64,000 nucleotides of DNA from a virus. Taxonomy: Duplodnaviria; Caudoviricetes. Below are positions 45,464-52,481 of this stretch, piece by piece. Location: positions 1 through 64,000 of IMG/VR virus record IMGVR_UViG_2939311655_000001; one strand, written 5' to 3'. The notes beneath the pieces were generated by a model. That model was given only the letters and a program-made list of their open reading frames with translations, was not told the DNA's origin and ran no database searches. Both the position numbers and the translations under genes were made by a program. Each line of letters begins with the position of its first letter. The first letter of the stretch is position 1.

Positions 45464-46012
45464 TCAGGTCTCCTTCTGGGAAGCTACGGGAAAGACGTCA
45501 GGGTGCTGGGCCTTCCAGTCCGTCCAGTGCTTCATCGGGTCACCGACGACCGTGTGGACGCGGTCCATGACCTGCACCAGGGACAGAGGCTCGTCCTCGC
45601 GCTCGGAGTTTGCGGTTGGCGGCCCGGGAACGAACGTCGGCCCGTATGTCCAGGAGCAGCGCCGGTAGCCCCAGTCATCCGGCCCGTACTTGATGAACAC
45701 GACGGTGTTCCACCCGCCGTCCACGTCGAGCGGCCGCTTGTCCATCTGCCGGGCGTACCCAGAGCCGCCGAACCAGTAATGGCGGTGCTCCTGGAGGTAC
45801 GAGACCAGCATTTGCGCTTCGGTGTCGGTGGGACGCTCCGTGCTCGCGAACGGCCATGGCGGGTCGAACGTGTTGCCGGTGTCGGCACTGGTGCCGAGGT
45901 AGGCGGCGACGTAGCGCCAGCTGGGGTTGAAGCTGGTAACGACGGGGATACGGAAGGCGGTGAGCGGATCGTCCTGCTTGGCGTCGGATCCGAACGGCCA
46001 GGCGTCGGCCAC
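45464..46012 (-). CDS. Hypothetical protein
   Basis: Start reassigned to MADAWPF after AAGGAG. Confidence 0.68.
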   Translation of the reverse strand: MADAWPFGSDAKQDDPLTAFRIPVVTSFNPSWRYVAAYLGTSADTGNTFDPPWPFASTERPTDTEAQMLVSYLQEHRHYWFGGSGYARQMDKRPLDVDGGWNTVVFIKYGPDDWGYRRCSWTYGPTFVPGPPTANSEREDEPLSLVQVMDRVHTVVGDPMKHWTDWKAQHPDVFPVASQKET

Positions 46013-46064
46013 GGTCAGGTCTCCTTCGGGGTGCGGGCTGCGCGGCGTGCGTGCATGCGGGCGG

Positions 46065-46487
46065 TCATCGGCGGTCCCCGCCCTGGTAGGTCCACCAGCC
46101 GTCATAGCCGGGCGGGATGGCGGGGAAGTTCGCCAGCATCGGTTCAAGGAGCGTCAGGTGCAGGGCCTGTTCGAACGGCTTCTGCGACCCCCAATAACGC
46201 TCGCCGTCCCACCGCCCGTCGGGGTCGCCTCCGTACCGGCTGTCGAGGCGATTGCCAAGGATCGCCTGCGGGGTGGACACGTCCGGCTCATCCCTGAGCC
46301 AGTGGGCCCACAGGTTCAGGGCGCCGAGGCACGCGTAGGTGGTTCCGTTCTTGCGTCGGAACCAGACGGCGTTGCACTGCCCGGCCAGCCAGTACGCGTC
46401 GTGCTGGTGGGTGACGTCGACGGCGACTGTGGATAGGTCGATGGCGAACGGCTTGCGACTGATGAGGAACCGGTTTTCGCGGATCAC
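46065..46487 (-). CDS. Hypothetical protein
   Basis: GTGA-coupled start MIRENRF. Confidence 0.65.
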   Translation of the reverse strand: MIRENRFLISRKPFAIDLSTVAVDVTHQHDAYWLAGQCNAVWFRRKNGTTYACLGALNLWAHWLRDEPDVSTPQAILGNRLDSRYGGDPDGRWDGERYWGSQKPFEQALHLTLLEPMLANFPAIPPGYDGWWTYQGGDRR

Positions 46488-47020
46488 CGGCGCCCCTCCT
46501 CGGCCTGACAGGTGCAGTCGGGGCCGTCGGGGACTCGGCACGGGGAGGGGTGGTCCGCACGCATCGCGTCCAAGCCGGCCAGGCCCTCGGCGTGCTCGGC
46601 GGTCATGCTCGCCTTGAACGCGCAGACCGTGCACGACTGGCCGTATTCGTACCCCGCGCCGCACTTCTGACAGTCCTGGAACCGGGCGGGCTTCAGCTCC
46701 TCCAGCTCGGCAACCCGGGCTTCGGCCTTCTCCGCCCGACTCCGCCACCGCGCCTTGCTGTTCTGGTGGTGCTGGTTCTCTCGACGGAGGCGGTCCAGCT
46801 CCGTGTGGACTCCGCCCAGCTCGTCGTCGCGCTCGGCAACCTGGTCCGCCGCGCCCGACAGTGCTTTCCGCAGCCGGTCGACCTCGGCCAGCAGCTCCGG
46901 TACCGCGTCTGCCGCGTCGTGCGCGGTGCAGCAGGCGAAGCCGAGGACCGGGTGCTCGCCAAAGACGCGGGCGGCCTCCCGGATCTCCGCCAGGCGATCC
47001 GGGGTCATCGGGGTGTTCAT
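46484..47020 (-). CDS. Coiled-coil phage protein (ead/Ea22-like)
   Basis: VPELLAEVDRLR, AEARVAELE, C-terminal Cys motifs. Confidence 0.65.
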   Translation of the reverse strand: MNTPMTPDRLAEIREAARVFGEHPVLGFACCTAHDAADAVPELLAEVDRLRKALSGAADQVAERDDELGGVHTELDRLRRENQHHQNSKARWRSRAEKAEARVAELEELKPARFQDCQKCGAGYEYGQSCTVCAFKASMTAEHAEGLAGLDAMRADHPSPCRVPDGPDCTCQAEEGRR

Positions 47021-47388
47021 GCGGCACCGCCCCACTGCACGGCCGGGATGCCACGCTCGGCACGGAAGGCGTCAACCGCCTTGGCGCAGCACATCGGCTC
47101 CCCCTCGACGCTGTGCTCATCCTGGCGGCACGAGGCGATCAGGGCTTCGACGGCGCCCAGCGCTTCGAACTCGGCGCGGCAGTACGTGCACAGCACGATG
47201 TCGTCGGCCGTGAATGCGGCACTGAATCCGGGCCAGTTCTCGGCGAGGAACTTCTGCACGGCAGGCCAGACCTCCTTGCGGAGAACCTCGGTCTCGTGCG
47301 CGTAGTCCGCTGCTGTCCAGAACGGGGACACCGGCGGGGTGATCGTGGCGCGGCCATTCGTCTGTGCGGACTTCGGGGTGTTGGTCAT
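47017..47388 (-). CDS. Hypothetical protein
   Basis: GAGGAG RBS; Cys motifs. Confidence 0.62.
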   Translation of the reverse strand: MTNTPKSAQTNGRATITPPVSPFWTAADYAHETEVLRKEVWPAVQKFLAENWPGFSAAFTADDIVLCTYCRAEFEALGAVEALIASCRQDEHSVEGEPMCCAKAVDAFRAERGIPAVQWGGAA

Positions 47389-47390
47389 GG

Positions 47391-47531
47391 TCAGTTCTCC
47401 TCGGTGGTGCGGCGGGTCATGTTCCAGGCGGTGCGGCGGGCGGAGGCTTCGAGCCGGGTGCGGGCGTAGGTGCGGGCCCGGCGTTCGGCGAGCAGGGCGC
47501 GGACCGCGGCGCGAATGTCCTGGTCGGTCAC
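47391..47531 (-). CDS. Small basic protein
   Basis: MTDQDIRAAV; GAGGAG RBS. Confidence 0.5.
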   Translation of the reverse strand: MTDQDIRAAVRALLAERRARTYARTRLEASARRTAWNMTRRTTEEN

Positions 47532-47541
47532 GACGGGCTCC

Positions 47542-47832
47542 TCAAAGGGTGGGCTGGTGGTCGAGTTCCGGGGCGGTGACGACGACGTGCGGGACAAGGG
47601 AGATCCAGTCGCACCCGCCCTCGACGTGAACGGAGCCGTCGTCGTCCTGGCGGACGTCGCTGATCTCGAACCGGTCGTGCAGGCGCTGCGCCCTGTCGGT
47701 GAGTGCTCCCCGGGCGAGGTTCCGGTCGAGGTAGACGTCGACGATGTTGCCTCCCTCGTGCATCTCGCCCTCGGAGAGGATCCAGACGACCGGGCCGGAC
47801 GCGATCGGGGTGATGAGGTCGGGCAGGTTCAC
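47542..47832 (-). CDS. Hypothetical protein
   Basis: GAGGAG RBS; 96 aa. Confidence 0.62.
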   Translation of the reverse strand: MNLPDLITPIASGPVVWILSEGEMHEGGNIVDVYLDRNLARGALTDRAQRLHDRFEISDVRQDDDGSVHVEGGCDWISLVPHVVVTAPELDHQPTL

Positions 47833-48113
47833 GGAGGCTCCTCAACGAACGGTGGCGGGTTGGTGGGGCCGCGCCCTCGAAGGGGGTGAGGGCGCGGCCC
47901 GGGGGTCTCCCTGGGGGCGGGAGACCGGTCAGGGGGTCAGTCGTTGCGTGCGGTGCGCTTCCAGTTCTGGCGTTCGCTGCGCTTGGCCCGTCGCCGGGCC
48001 GTTTTCCGCTGCCGGCCGGGCGGCTGCCCGCAGCAGGCACAGTCACGGCCACCGGGGCCGTCGGGGCAGGTACGGCCGAGCATGCGCCCGGTCTTCTGCG
48101 TCGTGAAGTTGGT

Positions 48114-48509
48114 CTAGGCCGCCTCCGTGTAGGCGGCCTGGAAGAAGGCGGGCTGGGCGAGGAACGCGGTCTGCTTGTACGTGGCGAGCCCGATGTACAG
48201 GGCGATGTCGAAGGGGCTGTACGCGGCGACGTGAATCCACTTGCCCGTCGTCCGGTGACGCGCCCAGACCATGACCGGGGGCCGGCCGTTCGCGGCGACG
48301 TAGGCCTTCTTGACGTGCCGGCCGTACCAGGACTTGAACCCGTCCTTGAGGTCGTCGGCGCCGAGCCGGTCCAAGAGGTCCCCGGTGCGGATCAACGTGC
48401 CCTGCTCGACGGCTGCTGCGATGAGGCCGGAGCGGGTGCGGTACGCGAGGGCCTTGCTGACCTGGCGGGCGGCGGTGTGGATGCGGCGGAGCTGGGCGGT
48501 GATGCGCAT
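48114..48509 (-). CDS. Hypothetical protein resembling an antirepressor C-terminal domain
   Basis: YGRHVKKAY...GRPP...HVAAY pattern recalled from actinophage antirepressors; unverified. Confidence 0.55.
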   Translation of the reverse strand: MRITAQLRRIHTAARQVSKALAYRTRSGLIAAAVEQGTLIRTGDLLDRLGADDLKDGFKSWYGRHVKKAYVAANGRPPVMVWARHRTTGKWIHVAAYSPFDIALYIGLATYKQTAFLAQPAFFQAAYTEAA

Positions 48510-48544
48510 TGGGTCCCCCTCGGGTGGCTCCACCCCTTGTTCGG

Positions 48545-48649
48545 GGTGTAGCTACACCTTAGACTCGGGTGTAGCTACACCGCAAGCCGTTCGGCCCAAA
48601 TTCTGTAGCTACACCAGAAGGAGCAGAAGATGACGCAGGTAGCTACACC
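48545..48649. promoter_or_regulatory. Four palindromic operators (GG)TGTAGCTACACC
   Basis: Copies at 48545, 48568, 48604 and 48638 in a divergent intergenic region. Confidence 0.8.
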
Positions 48650-48665
48650 CGGATACGGTCGGCGC

Positions 48666-48893
48666 ATGTCGCCGAACGCACCCAAGACCCCCGCCCGCCA
48701 GATCCGCATCGGGGACACCTGGTACGACTTCGACGCCGGCGCCAAGGCCATGGACACGGAGCGCGCGGCCGTAATCCGCGAGCTCATCGACTGGTACATC
48801 CGCGAGCCTGGGGCCAAGCTGCCCGCTCGACCCGATCGTGAGGTCATTGAGTCGGCCCGCGAGGCGCGCACCATGAAGGTGGTGTCCGAATGA
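48666..48893 (+). CDS. Ribbon-helix-helix DNA-binding protein
   Basis: TPARQIRI...W..F...A......RAAVIRELIDWY. Confidence 0.75.
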   Translation: MSPNAPKTPARQIRIGDTWYDFDAGAKAMDTERAAVIRELIDWYIREPGAKLPARPDREVIESAREARTMKVVSE

Positions 48894-49438
48894 TCCGCCG
48901 CAAGACTCTTGTCGAGGTCGACGTTTTCGCCTCCGAAGCCCACACGGGCCAGGTCGACAAGATCGGCGTGCCGTACATCGAGCACGTGCGCGCAGTGGCC
49001 GCCGGACTCGCATCGTTCGGTGACGAACTCGTCATGGCCGGGCTGCTGCACGATGTCATCGAAGACACCGACTGGACGGCCGAGCAGCTGCGCGAACAGG
49101 GCATCCCGGATCGCGTCGTCTCTGCCGTGGAGGCTGTGACGAACCAGCGGGGTGTGCCCTATGAAGAGAAGATCCGCCGCATCATGACGAACAGCGATGC
49201 CACCCTCGTGAAGATCTCGGACAACGCGCACAACAGCCGCCCCGACCGGGCCGCACAGCTCCCCGACGAGAAGCGGGCCCGCCTCGCCGCGAAGTACCGG
49301 GCCGCACGCGATGTCCTGTGGGCGGCTGCCGACGACCGGGACATCGAAGCCATCATCACGATCGTCAACCCGTCGCTTCTCGCGGAACTCAGCGACCGAA
49401 AGTCCCCCGCCCAGCCCGACTCGGGGAGCAGCAAGTGA
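48890..49438 (+). CDS. HD-domain hydrolase, RelA/SpoT small alarmone hydrolase (Mesh1-like)
   Basis: AHTGQ.DK.G.PYIEH, AGLLHDVIEDT, VEAVT, LVKISDNAHN. Confidence 0.85.
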   Translation: MIRRKTLVEVDVFASEAHTGQVDKIGVPYIEHVRAVAAGLASFGDELVMAGLLHDVIEDTDWTAEQLREQGIPDRVVSAVEAVTNQRGVPYEEKIRRIMTNSDATLVKISDNAHNSRPDRAAQLPDEKRARLAAKYRAARDVLWAAADDRDIEAIITIVNPSLLAELSDRKSPAQPDSGSSK

Positions 49439-49650
49439 CCGACGCCCAGGATCGGATCGATGTCGTGCTCGACGTCTACTCCGAGCCCGACGCCTACCGA
49501 GTCGTCGTGGTCGGCGTCTTCGAGCCTGGCCAGCCGGTTCCGCCCGCCCCTGAGGGCGCGACACGGAATGTCGTGCAGTCATTCATGGGGGTAGCGATGA
49601 ACACCCGCGCCTTCCGCCTGGGTGTACCCCGAGCCGAGGAGTCCGCATGA
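49435..49650 (+). CDS. Hypothetical protein
   Basis: GTGA/ATGA coupling on both sides. Confidence 0.55.
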   Translation: MTDAQDRIDVVLDVYSEPDAYRVVVVGVFEPGQPVPPAPEGATRNVVQSFMGVAMNTRAFRLGVPRAEESA

Positions 49651-50147
49651 CCGACGACCTGGTGCAGTTCATTCGCGCCCGCCTCGACGAAGACGAGCGG
49701 GCGGCGCAGCGCGCCGACCCGGGGTCATGGACCCTTCGCACCCTCGGCCGTCACGACCTGGCCGCTGTCAAAACAGAGAGCGGGTTGATGCAGCTGGACG
49801 GATCCCGCGCCACGGCCAACGCCGTCCACATCGCCCGCCATGACCCGGCCCGCGTCCTCCGCGAGGTGGAGGCCAAACGTCTGCTGCTGGAGCAGGCGGT
49901 CACCAGCCGCCACCTCGTCACCGGGGACCAGTTCATGGATTGCCCGCTCGTCACCGAAGCCGACGCGGATCATGTAGAGCGCATCCAGGCACTCAACGAC
50001 ATGTACCGCGAGGAGCTCGGCCGAGAACCGAGCTGCATCGAAACCTGCGGCCGGGACGCCCGAGTCCGTCGCACCCTTGAGCTACTGGCCATGCCGTACA
50101 GCGATGACCCGGGGTATACACAGGCCCTGGCAGCCAACCGGGCGTAG
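49647..50147 (+). CDS. DUF6221-like protein
   Basis: DLVQFIRARLDEDE, HIARHDPARVLREVEAKR, LAMPYSDDPGY. Confidence 0.8.
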   Translation: MTDDLVQFIRARLDEDERAAQRADPGSWTLRTLGRHDLAAVKTESGLMQLDGSRATANAVHIARHDPARVLREVEAKRLLLEQAVTSRHLVTGDQFMDCPLVTEADADHVERIQALNDMYREELGREPSCIETCGRDARVRRTLELLAMPYSDDPGYTQALAANRA

Positions 50148-50349
50148 CTTCCCCGGTTCTCCCCGCACCACCCCGGTCCCCGCGTCAGACTGTTGGCGTG
50201 GGGATTCGCTATGTGGTGCTGGGTGAGACACGGCAGGAGTGCGAGGAAGGCCTCGCCGGGCTGTGCGCGGACGTGGGCGCCCGGGTGGTGCAGCAGCCGG
50301 CGCAGTTGGCGGGGCCGCGGTGGATCGGGCGGGCTGTACCGCACACGAA

Positions 50350-50376
50350 AGCCCCGGCCGAGGAAGGCCGGGGCTA
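50350..50376. terminator. Hairpin between convergent genes
   Basis: AGCCCCGGCC-GAGGAA-GGCCGGGGCT. Confidence 0.6.
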
Positions 50377-50388
50377 AGCCGTGCGGGG

Positions 50389-50652
50389 TCAGGCCGCGGA
50401 GGACCAGCTGGCCCCATGGATGGCACGGAGTGCGCTGGCTGCGTCGTCCGACTCCATGAGCACTTCGCGGCCGGTGGAGCGACGGTCGGGGCCGACGATC
50501 CCGGCGTCGTGCATCTGGTCGAGAAGGCTGAGGGCGGTCTTGAAGGTGACTCGCACACCGTGATCGTTCTTCAGGCGTCGCTGGAGCATGGCGGGTGAGC
50601 CGTGTCGGGTGCTGGTGACGAGTTCGGTGGCGGCGTACAGCAGGTCGATCAT
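50389..50652 (-). CDS. Stand-alone FtsK gamma (winged-helix) domain protein
   Basis: ATELV...GSPAMLQRRL...A..LLDQM..AGIVGP....GREVL. Confidence 0.82.
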   Translation of the reverse strand: MIDLLYAATELVTSTRHGSPAMLQRRLKNDHGVRVTFKTALSLLDQMHDAGIVGPDRRSTGREVLMESDDAASALRAIHGASWSSAA

Positions 50653-50679
50653 GGGTTCTCCTGGTTCAATCGGGGCTTC

Positions 50680-51177
50680 TCACCGGGCGTTCTGATTACG
50701 AGTGTTGGCGATGACGCCGCGGGCCTGGGTGTGGATGCTGCGGGAGTCCTGGGTGACGGGCCCGTGGTAGTGCTGGTGGATGGTGGGCGGGGCCGCTTCG
50801 ATGGCCGCCTTCGCTTTGCCGACGAGACGACTGATTGCGAGGACGAGGACGGTGGGGGCGCCGACGACGATGGCGCAGACGATGGGGTCGGCGTACCCGG
50901 AGGCCAGCATGACGACGGATGCGGTCCCGCCGACCATGACGGTGGTCGCGCCGCCGGCCAGCATCAGGGCGGAGGCGTCCGTCGCCTTCTGCGACATGGG
51001 CGGCCGGCCTTGCTGCGGTACGGGCGGGGTGGGGCCGACGACCGGGAGCGGACTCGGGTCGCGGTATGCGGTGGCCTTCTCGATCTCGTTGATGGCGGCC
51101 ATCAACTGGTCGGCGTTGCGGCGGATGACGGGGTCGGGCCGCCCGGGGCGGGTGGGCTGCTGCTCGGGCAGCTGCAT
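50680..51177 (-). CDS. Two-TM membrane protein (Spd-like)
   Basis: PPVPQQGRPPMSQKATD, two TMs, HQHYHGPVTQD. Confidence 0.68.
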   Translation of the reverse strand: MQLPEQQPTRPGRPDPVIRRNADQLMAAINEIEKATAYRDPSPLPVVGPTPPVPQQGRPPMSQKATDASALMLAGGATTVMVGGTASVVMLASGYADPIVCAIVVGAPTVLVLAISRLVGKAKAAIEAAPPTIHQHYHGPVTQDSRSIHTQARGVIANTRNQNAR

Positions 51178-51206
51178 GACGGGGTCTCCTTGGGGTGTGG
51201 GGTCGG

Positions 51207-51305
51207 TCAGCCGCAGCCGATGCAGCGCTTGTCTTTCTTGCCGTTCCAGGTGTCGCATCGCGTGCAGCGCCATCTGGCGAGGGTGGTGATCAGGCTGTAG
51301 AGCAT
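51207..51305 (-). CDS. 32-aa zinc-finger peptide (RanBP2-like W-x-C-x2-C...C-x2-C)
   Basis: MLYSLITTLARWRCTRCDTWNGKKDKRCIGCG; AGGAG RBS. Confidence 0.55.
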   Translation of the reverse strand: MLYSLITTLARWRCTRCDTWNGKKDKRCIGCG

Positions 51306-51315
51306 TCGGGCTCTC

Positions 51316-51510
51316 CTATCGGTTGCGGCGGCGGGTGGAACGCCACCCGAGGGGTCCGGGCAGGTCCATGGATGTGGTGCGGCGCCCGGTGGAGCTGATC
51401 GTGTGACGGGGGCCGGGGCCGCCGCCCAACGTGATCGACCAGGAACGGCGGTTGATGTTGAGCCGGACCCCAGGGAAGATCCGGAAGCTCTTGCGGAACG
51501 TGAGCGGCAT
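51316..51510 (-). CDS. DUF4236-like protein
   Basis: FRKSFRIFPGVRLNI...S.T.G. Confidence 0.78.
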   Translation of the reverse strand: MPLTFRKSFRIFPGVRLNINRRSWSITLGGGPGPRHTISSTGRRTTSMDLPGPLGWRSTRRRNR

Positions 51511-51519
51511 GCGGGGCTC

Positions 51520-52296
51520 CTACGCTTCGGCGGGTTGGTTGGCGCGGTGCTTGCCGGTGCCCAGGCAGATCGGGCAGACGGTCGTGGTGTGGACGCTGTT
51601 CCGGGCGGAGTAGAGGGCACCCTTGCCGCCGCAGCAGAAACAGACGCCGCGGTTCTCGGCGGCCTTCTGGCCGAGCGGGGTGTTCTGGGCCTCCCACTCC
51701 TCGTCGGTCATCGACGACGTGGTGTCGGTCTTGGTGACGGGCTCGGCCTGGGTGACGGGCTTCGCTTCGGCTTCGGCGGCTTGCCCGTACCAGGCGCCGC
51801 CGACGGATTTGCCGTGCTTCTTCTTCTCGTGCTCGCGCAGGGCCTTCGTGGCCTCCTTGGCGTCCCTGAACTTGGGCTTCTCCTTCTTGCCGCAGGGGCA
51901 GGTCCAGCCGACGAGCCCGGTCCGTTTGTCGGGGCTGAACCGGGCGGCCACGGCGACCTTGAACCGGCCGGCCTTCGCCTTCGTCGGCTTGGCCGGGCAG
52001 GGCTTCGAGCCGGTGAATGAGCCGTCCTTGCCCTTGGTGAAGAGCTGCCCGTTGCCCTTACAGGTGGTGCAGCCTTCGTGGGTGAGGCGGAGGATCGCGG
52101 CGTCCTTGCGGGACATGACGACGGTCTTACGGGCATCCATCTGCGACGCGGCCTGGAGAGCCAGCCACATACCCATCCGGGCGTGAATCGGGACGGTCTT
52201 GGGGACTTTGAGGCCTTTGCCGACTCGGGCGCGCGGGACGGTCTTCCGGCGGCGGGCGGCCGTGGCTTTGCGGGCGGTCGTCGTCTTCGCGGGCAT
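51520..52296 (-). CDS. Basic zinc-finger protein (DnaJ-like CxxCxGxG motifs)
   Basis: CTTCKGNG, CFCCGGKG, CPICLGTG; GAGGA RBS. Confidence 0.68.
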   Translation of the reverse strand: MPAKTTTARKATAARRRKTVPRARVGKGLKVPKTVPIHARMGMWLALQAASQMDARKTVVMSRKDAAILRLTHEGCTTCKGNGQLFTKGKDGSFTGSKPCPAKPTKAKAGRFKVAVAARFSPDKRTGLVGWTCPCGKKEKPKFRDAKEATKALREHEKKKHGKSVGGAWYGQAAEAEAKPVTQAEPVTKTDTTSSMTDEEWEAQNTPLGQKAAENRGVCFCCGGKGALYSARNSVHTTTVCPICLGTGKHRANQPAEA

Positions 52297-52351
52297 GATC
52301 GGCGGGTCCTCTCGTCTGAACTGCACATATATGGATCAATAGGGCGGCAGG

Positions 52352-52481
52352 CACCCGGCGGGACCCCGGCGCTAGCCCGGCGGATGCCCGGCGACCTGCG
52401 GTGATGCAAGCGGGTCCCGCCGGGTGTCTGCCGGGTCTACGCCGCCCTCTTGCCGAGGTTCTGCCGGGTCTCCGCCGGGTC
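52352..52481. repeat. clt-like array of 8-bp TraB-recognition repeats (consensus GACCCGGC), 11-bp period
   Basis: Forward copies at 52352, 52363, 52374, 52385; reverse copies at 52419, 52430, 52452, 52463, 52474. Confidence 0.75.

Noticed and set aside
48545-48649. Mini CRISPR array
   Set aside because: Repeats are only 12-14 bp with irregular short spacers and no cas genes; they fit operators
48666-49438. Type II toxin-antitoxin pair
   Set aside because: Downstream gene has hydrolase (HD) rather than known toxin motifs
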